A stretch of 63,603 nucleotides of DNA, the filler included, from Stramenopiles sp. TOSAG23-2 (lineage: Eukaryota), in NCBI GenBank assembly GCA_900128395.1. It is 12 parts of 12 records of this genome, joined end to end, with 100 filler letters (N's around TTAATTAATTAA, not from the genome) between each part and the next. Parts side by side here need not be neighbours in the genome. Positions count along the whole stretch, not along the records: positions 24,497 to 30,485 come from LT650545.1; positions 30,586 to 36,569 come from LT650546.1; positions 36,670 to 42,639 come from LT650547.1; 9 more parts are not named here. One strand, given 5' to 3'. A program made the translations under genes and the position numbers. A model generated the notes under the pieces. The model had not been told where the DNA came from. It searched no databases and saw nothing but the letters and a program-made list of their open reading frames with translations. This document shows positions 24,649-37,179 of the stretch, one piece after another (positions within the stretch are counted from its first letter, which is position 1; each line of letters begins with the position of its first letter).

Positions 24649-27600
24649 ATGGCAGAAAAATACAATGTTGCACTCAATTTAAAAAATGATAATAATAATA
24701 ATAATAGCAAATCAAAACAAAATATTCCAGCAATGGATAAATTGTCGTTATTGCAAGCATCATTTGTACCATTATCCGTTCGAAAAGAATGCATGCAAGG
24801 AACATTACCTATTGCGCCAAGTGCAAATCTTGTTGAAGCAACGGTATTATTAGCTGACATTTCAGGTTTTACCAAATTAGGTGAGAAATTAAATAAAGAA
24901 CATGGAGATGCATCTGTTGAGATATTTGCCTCCCAAGTTAGTGCAGCTATATCCGCATTAGTTAGTGTCATTCAACGCTACAATGGCGAAACTGTCAAAT
25001 TTGCAGGAGATTGTTTGATCTGTTTATTTACTTCATCCTCGGAAAAGAAAAACAATGGCGATGGAGAAGAGGAGTCAGACGATGAAGACGATGATGAAAA
25101 AGATGCAGAAGCGCTAGAAAATGCTAGGTTATGTTGCATCGACCTTTTGAAAATAATCAAAACAACGAATCCAGATTTAGATTTACATGGAGGTGTAGCC
25201 TCAGGTACAGTTCAAAGAATCCATTTAAAACAATTAAGAGGCTCTTCACCAAGATCAAATAGTGCAAGACAAAGAATGAAAAAATTTGAAGAAGCAACAA
25301 TGAGTATGGCAGAATTAGAACGTTCCCGAGAGCAATGGTTTTTAGTTGCAGGTCGTCCTATAAAAAAGGCTGGTAGTTTATTGGACAAAGCGAAAGCTGG
25401 TGAAATCAAATTATTCGGTGGCATGACAATTACGAGAGAAACAAAGGCAAATGATATTGACATGGTCGATGATAACAACGAGGAGGAAGATAATGATCTC
25501 AGAAGACGGAAAACTGCAGAAAGATTCTCTAAAGCCGACCAAGTGCTTGCTGACATGGCGAATTGCCACGGAATAACAAAATATTATATTCCGCCAATGG
25601 CTAAACTGAAAACTGGAAAAAATACTGGATTTTCAAGCGAACGGCGTAGAGTCGCAACGGTATTTGTTGGCGTTCCAGGTCTAGCAAAGGCCGCCATGAA
25701 ACCTTCTGGTGTGAAAGTTGGACATTTAAATGACGTTTTTTCAGCAATTAAATCTATTTTATCTAAATTTGAAGGACTTATGCGAGATTTTTTGTTTGAA
25801 GACAAAGGATGCACTTTCATAGGTTGCTTTGGAATTCAACAAATGACGGAAGTGGATGCACTAAGGGCAGTATTATTTGCCCTTGAAGCTTCAGCTGCAT
25901 GTTCATCATTGAAAGAACCATGTAAAATTGGGATTTCAATGGGATCATGTTTCACAGGTGTATGTGGCCACATTTCTCGCGCTGATTATGTTGTAATGGG
26001 CCCAGAGGTGAATATGGCAGCGAGACTAATGGGTAAAGCCAAGACGGGAAGCATCCTCGCAAGTGAACGTGTTTATAATGCAACAAGCTCACATATTGGG
26101 TATGATATGACTGATCCAATCGAGCTGAAAGGAAGAGATGGAACGCAAAGAGCGTTGCGGCCCTTTGGTAAAAAAGCTGGTGCTGTAAGACACAAAGGGA
26201 ACTTTGGTGATGATAGCGAAGTTTTCGTTGGTAGGGAAGAGGAAATGAAAAAATTAAGAATTGGTCTTAAGGAAATGATGGAAGAGAGAAAAGGAAGTGC
26301 CTTTATTTTAGAAGGTCTAGCTGGTATGGGCAAAAGTGCTATTGTATGGCAATTGCAAAGAGAAGCTCTTGAAGATAACGTTCGATTTTTAATGGGTACC
26401 GGATCTGCAATTGAGAAACAAACACCTTATTTTGCTTTTGGACAAATTTTATGTGCTGCTGCAAATTTATCAACCAGCCCCAGTTATGGTGAAGTGCTTG
26501 CATTGAAACATACGTATGATCTATCCGAGGATGAAATAAATGCCATAGGGATTATCTTACCGTCTCTGGCAAAAAAAATGGATGACGGAAGCGATGATCA
26601 GCAGCATGGAAGACTTGAAGCACTTGCTGCGCAGGTGTGTTTGAAAGTCTTTGGAGGTGCAGAAAACGCTGTGTTTGTGTTTGAAGATGCACATTGGATT
26701 GATTCACAATCATGGCTTATGTTGCAAATGGTATTGCCTCAGCTAAGCTCATCAAGTATGGTAATGATTGTTACACGTCCACCAAATATGGCCTCACAAA
26801 TGAAAGGTGGTGGAACCATGGGACTCGAGAAAAATGAAGATTCTCTTGAACATGACATGGTTGAAGAAGATGACCGCATTAAATTCTCGCGTATTTTAGC
26901 CGGTCTCAAGGAACGTGCTGGTATTACATATCTAGAATTAGGTACAATGGGAATCGAGAGTACAAAAGAATTAATTTCTAAAATGTTAAAAGTAAAAGCA
27001 TCCAACGTGGATGAGAATTTTCTGACTTTGATGCATGATAAGGCTGGTGGAATTCCTATGTATTTGACATCAATTACTGCATGGTTAATGGAGAGAGATT
27101 TAATATTAAAAGAAGATGGCTCTAAAGTAAATTTTAAAGGCAAGATGGAAGATATAAAATGGCCTTCAAGTGTAGTTGATACTGTGTTAGAGCGTGTCGA
27201 TTGTTTAAATGATGTCTCAAAAACATTAATAAAAATTTGTAGCTGCTTTGGCTTTGACTTCCGTGATGATAATTTAGAGCATGTTGCGTTGCAATTTATG
27301 GACAAAAAAAGCCTTGAAGATGGGCTAGTCGATTTGAATCATCGGGGATTAATTATTCCGGTCACCGGGGAAACTGTTGCGGCAATGTTGAAATTTACCC
27401 ACCAAATTATCACAGAATCTACTTATCAATTGATGCTGGAGAAACAACGTAAGGAGATTCACAAAGCAATTGCGGAGGAATATGAGTCGAGCAGCGCTAA
27501 GTTTGAAAGTGAAGTATTGGCCCACCATTGGTTACGGAGTGGCAATGTTGATCGTGGATGTTCTTTGCTTGAGGTAGCAGCTAAAAAGGCTATACAAATT

Positions 27601-30124
27601 GGAGCCTTGAAGGAGGCGGTGAATTGTTTAGCACAAGCACTTGCAGTTGGAAAAGAACATGCCAATCGACCACTATGGCTTGGATTGCTTTCATACGCAA
27701 AGTATCAAATAGGAGAAAGTATCAAAGGTGCAAATTTATTGGAGCCTTGAAGGAGGCGGTGAATTGTTTAGCACAAGCACTTGCAGTTGGAAAAGAACAT
27801 GCCAATCGACCACTATGGCTTGGATTGCTTTCATACGCAAAGTATCAAATAGGAGAAAGTATCAAAGGTGCAAATTTGGCCCTGGATGGTTTAGAGCTGC
27901 TTGGTGATGAAACATTATTACCACAAAAACATACCCAATTAAGCGTTGATATGCTTGTAAGGGAATACGGCGAATGCGATGATGTACCTAAGAAAACCAA
28001 TGTAGAGGGCATACCACCGCTACAGGAAGCAAGAAGATATTTGCTATTAGCATGTGCCCGAGGATCATCAAATATATGGAGTCCTGAATCTATAATTCCA
28101 AGAATAAAAAAGAAGTACGACCTTGATGATCAAGATATGTATTTACAATCTGAATGGTGGACATTTACTGCATTGTTACAGGCATACCAAGAGGGTGACA
28201 TTGATGCATGGGCAGATTTGCACTGTGATATGGCTCAAGCTTTTAATCGAAGTACAGAGAAGCCTGATCAAGGTCGCCAAATATGTAGAAAATGTCAAGC
28301 CTTAAGTGCGGATACTAGATTAAAGCCGCACCTGCGATCTAGGTGTATTAGTCAACCAATATTATGGTATCCAGCGATTGCGCCAGAGTTTGTGAAGAAT
28401 CAAATGGCGTTTTTAGATTCTTCATATGAGTTGGTAAAAGGTAATATGAAATATGCAAATTATGCTTATAATCATGTGAGTCGTCTTGTTGGATCGGCAG
28501 AATCTGTTGGAGACATAAATTTAAGCCACATTTATCGTAAAAGACTACTTACTATTAAATGCGACACTGAGGCACTGGAGGATCAAAAATTTCAAATTGC
28601 TAGTGGTAATGTCTTTGCAGAGTGCCAAGGCAATCTACTAAGTGCCAATCTACGTGGTATGGCTGATCTTGATGATAAGTTAGCCACACAAGAAAAAAAA
28701 TTTAACCGAAAATCTTTTTTTCGTTTTATGGTTCTTCATTATAAAGGATACTTGTCGTTGTTACACGATGATTACGATACTGCTAAACTGTATATAGAAA
28801 AAAGCGGTGTCAAAAGTGCAGTAGGCTTCTTGGGCCAATTTAATACACATGTTGAATTTTTTTTCTCTTGGGCTGTAGATACTGCATTAATAATGAGCAA
28901 ACAAAACCCAGAAGATGAGGATTGGAAAGATATTCTTCGCACTGCACGAACTCGGTATGAAATGTTCGAAACAAAAATTCCAGGAACATTTCGAATATCT
29001 GGTCCAGCATGGGTTGCAGAAATAAGTTTAACCTTGAAAGATCGAGCTGTGAAAAAAATGGTGGAAAAAATAGAAAAAGCTATTGAATATGGAGAAGAAT
29101 TAGATTGTCTACCTGTTGACGTTGCAATTGCCAAATTGTTTTTAGCAAAGTATAAAAATGATAAAAATAGTGTTAAAGAAGTCATCAGTGAATTTGAAAA
29201 GATGGGCCATAAATTAAGACAATTGCATGCAGAAAGAATTTTAAAAGAGATGGAAAGTCATTTGAAAAGATGGGCCATAAATTAAGACAATTGCATGCAG
29301 AAAGAATTTTAAAAGAGATGGAAAGTCCAGATTGGGTACCAATTGATTTAGAATTTGTCCCACAAGGAGAAATGTCTCCGAACGAAATAAAATTAGCCGA
29401 AATTGAAAAGCAATTATACGATGCAAGGGCAGAAGCTAAAGCAGCGGCAGCAGCTGCTGATAGATCACGAGTACAAGCAGCAAGAGCAAGTGTAAAACAG
29501 CTGAAAAAAGAAAAGAAGCGCCTAGAAAAGGAAATCGAAGAGGAAAAGAATAATCAGAGCAACAGTGGAAACGAAGCAGAAATACAGGCATTGCAACAAC
29601 AAATCTCGGATGCTCAAGCAAGAGCTACAGAAGCGGAGGAAAATGATGATGAAGATGCAGAGGAAGCAGCATATGCTGAGATGGATGAATTATTAGCAAA
29701 ACTAGAAGTGCTTAAAAAAGGAGCGCAGACACCAGGTAAGCCAGAAACATCAAAAACAAAACAAAATTTAGCGGAGGCCAAACAAATTGATGCTGAAATA
29801 TCTTCACTTGATGATTTACGAGATAAAATTAAGAAAAGCATTACTGAAGAGGGTAAAAATTTAGACTTAAATGCAATTGTGAAGATGGACTTTGAAGGAA
29901 AAGGATACATTTATATCGATGCAAAAAATGAGCCGAATATTGTATCAGATGAAAACAAAGATGAAAATATTGATTGTACAGTTACACTAGCTTTTGAAAC
30001 ATTGATGTTGATAAAAGATGGAAAAGCTGATGCAATGACGATGATGGGAGAAGGTAAAATTAAAATTGATGGAAATATGATGGTTGGAATTAAAGGTCTA
30101 CAATGTATTCAGAGTTTCATTTAA
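24649..30124 (+). CDS. Soluble adenylyl cyclase (ADCY10-like): two class III cyclase domains, STAND/AAA ATPase, helical repeats, coiled coil and C-terminal SCP2 domain; about 1755 aa once two tandem duplications are removed
   Basis: ADISGFT and KFAGD (metal-binding Asp); FEDKGC and VNMAARLM; Walker A GLAGMGKS; Walker B FVFEDAHWID; AGGIPMY; FTHQII; SCP2-like DCTVTL...GKADAMTMMGEGKIKIDGNM. ORFs 24640-27750, 27624-29285 and 29270-30124 join in frame after removing the duplicated copies. Confidence 0.88.
27598..27877. repeat. Exact 140-bp tandem duplication that frameshifts the cyclase gene
   Basis: 27598-27737 is identical to 27738-27877. Confidence 0.95.
29192..29327. repeat. Exact 68-bp tandem duplication that frameshifts the cyclase gene
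   Basis: 29192-29259 is identical to 29260-29327. Confidence 0.95.
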
Positions 30125-30350
30125 AAAAGATTAGGTGATGGTGGTACGTGTGTAAGAATTTTATTTAATCAGAGTTAAAAAAATAAAACAAACTTTAATA
30201 TATATGTGTTTACATAAATATCCTTAAAAACCATTTCAGATGTGATTGAATTAGAATGAATTGAGAGTTTCATTTAAAAAAGATTAGGTGATGGTGGTAC
30301 GTGTGTAAGAATTTTATTTTAATCAGAGTAAAAAATTAAAACAAACTTTA
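30110..30350. repeat. Imperfect duplication (about 90 bp) of the cyclase stop/3'UTR region
   Basis: AGAGTTTCATTTAAAAAA(A)GATTAGGTGATGGTGGTACGTGTGTAAGAATTTTATT at about 30111 and 30264, with small indels. Confidence 0.8.
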
Positions 30351-31089
30351 TTTAAAGAGAGAGATCATTAACTCGCCATCATATTTACGAACCGCTTATC
30401 GTATTATTATTTATTATTCTTATAGAGACTTTTATACGATTCATGCGTATACATTTTTGCGTATATATACGTTCGTACGTTCGTTNNNNNNNNNNNNNNN
30501 NNNNNNNNNNNNNNNNNNNNNNNNNNNNNTTAATTAATTAANNNNNNNNNNNNNNNNNNNNNNNNNNNNNNNNNNNNNNNNNNNNTGGTACGGAAACAGT
30601 TGGTTTAGTTGTTTACAATGCAGAGGTTTGATTTTGGTGTCGGGGTTGTGTTTTTGGGTTGTGTGGTGTGTGTCGTGTGTGGAATAAATTTTTACGATTT
30701 ACGATTTTATCGCTTTACCGAGAGTGTATTAACAAATTTTACGAGTATAAAAAATAAATATTACTCGTATGATATTAAATCTCAATAATATGCATAATAT
30801 ATTTTATTTTAGCTGGCATCTCATTTATATTTTTTATTTTAGAGCTTCACTATATTATCATCATAATATTTAATATAGAACAGTAGGATCTATTGATAGA
30901 TCTAGATTTTACTCGCGTGTATAACTTTTTATATTTTTTTATTTAACGAAAAGTATCATAATATTAATGTAACATGCACACCTCTTTTCTTTTTAAACTT
31001 TTCTTCTTCTTTTTAATTTTTAATCATCATCTTTCTTCATCTGATGAATCTACTATACGATTGCCATTTTCATCATATTTATTTGCAAT

Positions 31090-31977
31090 TTATATTCCAC
31101 CTTTTGAACGTAAAAGTGCAATGATTTCTTCTTGAATTGGACTATCATTATATTCATAACAACAATCTAACGGAGTATGTCCATCAATGTTGTCTGTTTT
31201 ATTAATACCATCAATTGCCATATGGTTTAATAAGAATTGAATCAAAGCAGTATCCCTTTCGTTATCACGTGCTGCATAATGTAATGCATTTCTTCCATAA
31301 CTATTTGCAATATTAGGATCAGCTTCACATTGTTCAATTAAATATTGAACTATTTGGAAATGTTCTTCGTATGCAGCTATCTGTAAAGGTGTCATTTCAT
31401 AACCATGACTCTCTTTACCTTCTTGACTCACCATATCTTTCAATGTCATATCATCTCTGTAGCCATTCACATCACGATTAGTAATATACCTTTAAAAAGG
31501 ATGAAGATTCATAAATAATTCTACATCATCCATACGTCCGTGTTGACATGCACATACGATAGGTGTTGGTATTCGATATCTGTGTTCTGTACCACGTGGA
31601 AACTCACTTTTATACCTTTCAATTAATAAATAAAGTCTTCTCGCTGGATGTGAAAGTATCATCTCATTTATACTTCTTCTACCTTCATAACTAAGACACA
31701 ATGCTATATCACGTACACGTTCAAAATCATTTGATCCAAATGCTTTCCTACATTGTTGTATTAAAGAAGATCGTTTCACATTACATAATGATCGAATATC
31801 TAAATATTGAAGTATATTTGTCATTATCCCGCAGGCAGACTCAAATCCAGCTGGTAAAACTAATGTACCAATTTCAATAGGTTCTGCACGTTCTTCTTCC
31901 AAGGCTTCAATTGTTGCTGGTTGTAATGTCGTACGTCGACGCTTTGCAGGGGGCGGATTCGTCGCCATCGATGTCAT
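31090..31977 (-). pseudogene. F-box-like plus ankyrin-repeat protein interrupted by one in-frame TAA (31492-31494)
   Basis: ORFs 31492-32031 and 31090-31470 share a frame: NLHPF*RYITNRDVNG; NLS-like PPPAKRRR; F-box-like IMTNILQYLDIRSL; ankyrin TPLQIAA, NALHYAA, TPLDCC. Confidence 0.7.
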
Positions 31978-32528
31978 GTTGTGTATATATTTATATATTG
32001 TCTCTTGTATATTTTCAACAATTTCCCACAATTTCGTACAATGTTCTAATGATTATACAATTTTTTTATTCAAAATCAATATAATAATAATAATTATAAT
32101 AATAATAATTTCCAAAGCACAACAATTTGTTAAGCACCACACGTAGTTAAAGTACGTAAATAAAAAAACAAACAGAGTAAGAGTAGGAGGATGATGATTG
32201 ATATAATATATATATACCGACGTATACTTTACAAGACAAGCTATAAATATATGTTATTATTTTGTACACACCCCCGTGTTATCACACTCGCTCTTCGATC
32301 CTAATGCAATCCTTAGTTCAAAGTCCTTCTTCATTCAATTTCTAATTCATCACACGCGTCACCACCAAAACAAGACCAACGAGGAAGGACGAAAGACAAA
32401 TGTAGAAAAAATAGAAATAGAATATATAGAGACAAAAAAACATATATATATATATATCAAGAGCACATCCCCAGCGATATTGTACCACTGTGCTGTATGT
32501 GAAACAATAAATATTTATATTGACGACT

Positions 32529-34405
32529 ATGACGACGATTACAACAACTACAAACATGATGCCTACTACTTCTTCTTCCATTCCCACCACAATAAATACA
32601 CAAAATGAGAATAATAATGAGAATTATGAAAATGACAATAATACGAAAATAAAAATTATATTATTTTATCAATACTTTCCAAAAAAAATGAGAATAATAA
32701 TGAGAATTATGAAAATGACAATAATACGAAAATAAAAATTATATTATTTTATCAATACTTTCCAAAACATGTAGTGGAATTTTTAAATACAAACAACGAT
32801 AAATACGATGATTTATATAATTTTCAAAAGGATATATGCAATGAATTAAATATATTAGGACGTGTATTAGTTTCTAAACAAGGAATTAACGGAACATTAA
32901 GTGGAACTATTCATAATATTGATCAATATATACAAAGGATGAAAACATATTATATTATTATTATGATGGATAACACAAATACAACAACAACACCATCAAA
33001 AACAACACTGTTTGCAAATGCTGATTGGAAATCATCGTTTGGTAATAAAAATCAAGATGAACCATTTCCAGATTTAGCTATACGTAAAGTAAAAGAATTA
33101 GTAGCAAGTGATGGAATGAATTATGATGTAAACAGTAAAGGTGGTCAACATTTAACACCGTCAGAATTTCATCAAATGTTGGTAAGTTTTATATTATATA
33201 TATATATAAATAAATACTACATAATGGAATACCCAAAACTAACAATAACAATACCACATCCACAGGAACAAGCAGATGATGATTTAATCATGTTAGATGT
33301 ACGAAATCGTTTTGAATATGCCATTGGACATTTTGAAGATTCAAAAGAACGCAAAGCAATGGATCCAAATATGAGAAACTTCACACAATTTAAACATTAT
33401 ATTAAAGAAAATAAATCTGTATTAAAAGGTAAAAAAATATTAATGTATTGTACGGGTGGTATACGATGTGAAACCGCATCGGCATATTTAAATGATATTG
33501 TAAATGATGATGATAATAGTAACAACAATAATGATCAATCATCAAATAACAATAAAAAGACAACTAAATCATCTGAAATATATCAATTACAAGGTGGTAT
33601 ACATCGTTATTGTGAAGAATATCCAGATGGTTATTTTAAAGGTAAAAATTTCGTATTTGATCGAAGGATGACAATGGATACAAATACAAAAGCAGTTGGT
33701 ACATGTAGTGAATGTGGTATTGAATGTGATATATTTCATAGTGGTATTGTTTGTACTGTATGTGTTTGCCTTGTACTTGTATGTAAAACATGTCAAACAA
33801 ATGGAAGACCATCATTAGATAATAATAATAACGATGATCTTACTACACAGAAACATACACCACCACGTCGTTATGAATGGTATTGTAAAGAACATACATA
33901 TTTATCTGGAAATTATTTTACATTTATTAATATATATAATATAAATGAATTAAAACGTCAACGTCATGAATTATTAAATATATTGAATAAGATTATTCAA
34001 AACGATACGGCTAATAATAGCCGCCATAAAGAAGGAGAAGAAGAAAGCAAGAATAATAAGAAAAATAATATTGTTGAAATCATTGAAAAAGAAATTAAAA
34101 TACAATTACCAAATGGTGAAATAAAAATAAAAAAAATCAAACAAAAGAAAATTAATCAAAAATTAAAAAATAAGAAGAAAAATAAAGATCCATTTCAACG
34201 TGAATTAACTATTAAACGTCAAATAAAATTAATTGATGATCGAATAAAATATTTAGTAACGGAAGTAGAAGAAACTGGTAAAGCTATGAATGAATTAGTA
34301 GATACATTACCATTGCCATGTCGTTCATGTAAAAAATTAAATTGCGATGATGGTAAATGTTGGGGATTTTGGCAAAGTCCATCCTCCTCCACATCAACAA
34401 CATAA
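32529..34405 (+). CDS. TrhO/YceA (UPF0176)-like rhodanese-domain protein, about 569 aa after removing an 83-bp duplication and an 84-bp intron
   Basis: ILFYQY...LGRVLVSKQGINGTLSG, HLTPSEFH, LDVRNRFEYAIGHF, YCTGGIRCE, IYQLQGGIHRY, FKGKNFVFDRR, then a Cys-rich zinc region. Confidence 0.88.
32602..32767. repeat. Exact 83-bp tandem duplication that frameshifts the TrhO-like gene
   Basis: 32602-32684 is identical to 32685-32767. Confidence 0.93.
33182..33265 (+). other. Spliceosomal intron, 84 bp, in frame and stop-free
   Basis: GTAAGT donor, ACTAAC branch site at 33238, CAG acceptor; removal gives EFHQML|EQADDDLIMLDVRN. Confidence 0.85.
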
Positions 34406-34420
34406 ACAGTGTGTAACGTG

Positions 34421-34730
34421 TAACAACCACGACATTATAAGGATATACCATTGCAAGATTGCAAGAATCACATGATGATGTCAACATAAACAGTGTAAAA
34501 TGTTTTAAAACTAAAGTTTTTAAAAAAAAATGTTTTTGTGTTAGGCACTGCTTATATAGTGTGTTTTTGTATTTTTAACAACCACGACATTATAAGGATA
34601 TACCATTGCAAGATTGCAAGAATCACATGATGTCAACAGGGGTGTAAAATGTTTTAAAACTAAAGTTTTTATTTAAAAAAAAATGTTTTTGTGTTATATA
34701 GTTAGAATAGTGTGTTTTTGTATTTTTAAA
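34421..34730. repeat. Imperfect tandem duplication (about 155 bp) between convergent genes
   Basis: ACAACCACGACATTATAAGGATATACCATTGCAAGATTGCAAGAATCACATGATG at about 34423 and 34578, each followed by GTGTAAAATGTTTTAAAACTAAAG. Confidence 0.8.
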
Positions 34731-34798
34731 ATTTTGTATATATAGAAAATAAATTATATAGCATATTGTAGTTGGTAGTATATAAATATATATATTAA

Positions 34799-36568
34799 TT
34801 ACCATACTGTCCATATCCACATCCCTTCCACTTGTTGATACCCGTTTGATCCATCTCTTTTATATTGTTGTATACATCTTAATTGTGATTTCATATTATC
34901 ACTAAGTGGATTATTACGTAGGTTCAACCAACTTAATGTATTGTTTGTTTTTAATCCATCAATAATACTTTGTATTCCACCATCATCAGTAATATTATTA
35001 TTAGATAGGTACAATCCCTCTAATGTATTGTTTGTTTTTAATGCTTCACCAATACTTTGTACATCAGTAATATTATTATTAGATAGGCGCAATACCTCTA
35101 ATGTATTGTTTGTTTTTAATGCTTCACCAATAGCAAATGCATCCTTATTCGTGAGATTCTTTCTACGCAAATCCACTTCTGGCTTAAAAAAATCTGCTGA
35201 ATAACAAGCCGTCAAACGTACCATTTGATCTATTTCAATCCCATCCTTTCCCCTCTTCAAACGTTCTATCACATAACGACATTGTAAATTGTGCATGGTT
35301 ACATATTTTTTATCACGATCATCAACTAAAAGTGATTGTCTCGATAATTTGTGAATAATGTTAATTACATCATCTTCATCATTTAATTTCCACAAAATCT
35401 TTAATGACTCATATGGTATTTGTGTATCTTCTGGATAGATACCTAACATAATATATTGCTCTTGCAATTTTTTCCCACGGTCAGTGCCATCATTATTTAA
35501 CCAATCAACCGACATGGCTAAGCATTGTATACCACTTTTTCCATAATGTTCAATGACATCACTAAATGCATCATCATATGCATCTTCTAACTCTTTATAC
35601 AAAGATTTCAATATGCGTTTTACAATTCCCTCATCTGTAACATCTAATTTTGCAGCAATTTCAGAAAGAAAAAGTACCAAGCCACTTGTTTTCTTGTATA
35701 TTTCATTCAAATCATCCTCATTGTCCCATGCAGGATTCCAACCATCATTGGCTTGATCCTTTAGAAATTCAATTGCTTCATTTTTCTGTAAAAAATCTAA
35801 GGAAATTTCCTCTTTATCCTTACCATCTAGTAGTTTACTATTACGTGTGGATGTAACAATCCGCGAATTGGGTGCTTTTGATTGTATGATAAAAGATAAT
35901 TTGATAAACGACTTCGACCAAACATCATCAATGATAACAAGCACATTTAATACTCTACCAGATAAATATTTATTCAATTTTTCAGAATACCAAGTTTCAT
36001 CCAACGACTTCTCTGACCAAACATCATCAATGATAACAAGCACATTTAATACTCTACCAGATAAATATTTATTCAATTTTTCAGAATACCAAGTTTCATC
36101 CAACGACTTCTCTTCTTCATCTTCACAATACTTTCCTTTTTTAAATTCGTTTTCGTCATCCTGATCTAATTGGAATGCTTTCTTTTCATCTTTTATTTGT
36201 TTAAAAAATGATTTCAATATTTTTAATGCAGTCGCTTGTTGCCCTGCTACAATATATACAACACCATCTTTAAATGTTGCATATACTAATGGATGTCGTG
36301 CGAATCGTAAAGTAAGCACGGTTTTGCCCTTGCCACCACATCCCTTAACACCAGTTATAGTGCAAATTTTGCTAATGTTATTATTGCAGCAATTGTATTC
36401 TAATAATTGATTTAATTTACCTTCATGAATTTTATTTGACCATGTCTTTTTATACGGTGGCAGTGCATGTGGCATTTTATCTTTCCATCCTTTTTCCAAG
36501 CACAATGGTATCCCAGCTACAACAACACGAGATAATGTTTTTTTATGGCTAATTGTAGGATTACCAAA
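34799..36568 (-). CDS. NB-ARC (Apaf-1-like) STAND ATPase with C-terminal RI-type LRRs (NLR-like); 5' partial
   Basis: P-loop GVKGCGGKGKT; FKDGVVYI; Walker B VLVIIDDVW; SRIVTSTRN; GLVLFL; MHD-like MHNLQ; LRR IGEALKTNNTLEVLRLSNNNITD in 3 copies; frame open to the contig edge. Confidence 0.85.
   Translation of the reverse strand, partial: FGNPTISHKKTLSRVVVAGIPLCLEKGWKDKMPHALPPYKKTWSNKIHEGKLNQLLEYNCCNNNISKICTITGVKGCGGKGKTVLTLRFARHPLVYATFKDGVVYIVAGQQATALKILKSFFKQIKDEKKAFQLDQDDENEFKKGKYCEDEEEKSLDETWYSEKLNKYLSGRVLNVLVIIDDVWSEKSLDETWYSEKLNKYLSGRVLNVLVIIDDVWSKSFIKLSFIIQSKAPNSRIVTSTRNSKLLDGKDKEEISLDFLQKNEAIEFLKDQANDGWNPAWDNEDDLNEIYKKTSGLVLFLSEIAAKLDVTDEGIVKRILKSLYKELEDAYDDAFSDVIEHYGKSGIQCLAMSVDWLNNDGTDRGKKLQEQYIMLGIYPEDTQIPYESLKILWKLNDEDDVINIIHKLSRQSLLVDDRDKKYVTMHNLQCRYVIERLKRGKDGIEIDQMVRLTACYSADFFKPEVDLRRKNLTNKDAFAIGEALKTNNTLEVLRLSNNNITDVQSIGEALKTNNTLEGLYLSNNNITDDGGIQSIIDGLKTNNTLSWLNLRNNPLSDNMKSQLRCIQQYKRDGSNGYQQVEGMWIWTVW
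35916..36113. repeat. Exact 99-bp in-frame tandem duplication of the Walker B segment
   Basis: 35916-36014 is identical to 36015-36113; the peptide EKSLDETWYSEKLNKYLSGRVLNVLVIIDDVWS occurs twice. Confidence 0.93.
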
Positions 36569-36806
36569 CNNNNNNNNNNNNNNNNNNNNNNNNNNNNNNN
36601 NNNNNNNNNNNNNTTAATTAATTAANNNNNNNNNNNNNNNNNNNNNNNNNNNNNNNNNNNNNNNNNNNNAATTGAGAACTCTCGTGATGAGATTTATATA
36701 AATAATTTCCTATGTTTATACGTACCAGTATAATAAATAAGTATTTAAAAATCATTTTTGATTTGAGATGTTAATGAACGGGAGTAAAAGAAATTTATAT
36801 AATATA

Positions 36807-36930
36807 TGAGTAAGAGAACATTTTATATATATGCCATTAATTTTTATTTTTTAATTTACTCAATGATAATTCCTACTCTTCAAAAGAATACAATAATTAA
36901 CTGAGACAATAATATCTAATCTCACACTCT
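36807..36930 (-). repeat. Dispersed repeat, copy B (rearranged)
   Basis: ATGATAATTCCTACTCTTCAAAAGAATACAATAA at 36863; TGAGTAAGAGAACATTTTATATA at 36807. Confidence 0.7.
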
Positions 36931-37179
36931 AAAAATATAAAATACGAGTTCGTCGTATATATATATATATCATGTATGTATTATATAATATATAACTTCG
37001 TATATATATTATATATATGTATGTTCGTACATATATTATATATATACATTATAACACGCGTCGTATATTTTATACACACACATATATATATATATATATA
37101 CGTTTATACTGGCGTAAATTATAATACGTTTCGTATGATATGCATATCATATTTGTCCATGAAAATGATACATAATCAT

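Noticed and set aside
31492..31494. Stop-codon reassignment (TAA as sense)
   Set aside because: Conserved genes here (SLC12, L20, PPTase, GH54) end normally at TAA and have no internal stops
27598..32767. Tandem duplications acting as new introns (AG|GT duplication model)
   Set aside because: The 68-bp and 83-bp units contain no AGGT; the 140-bp unit has only a weak AAG|GTGCAA
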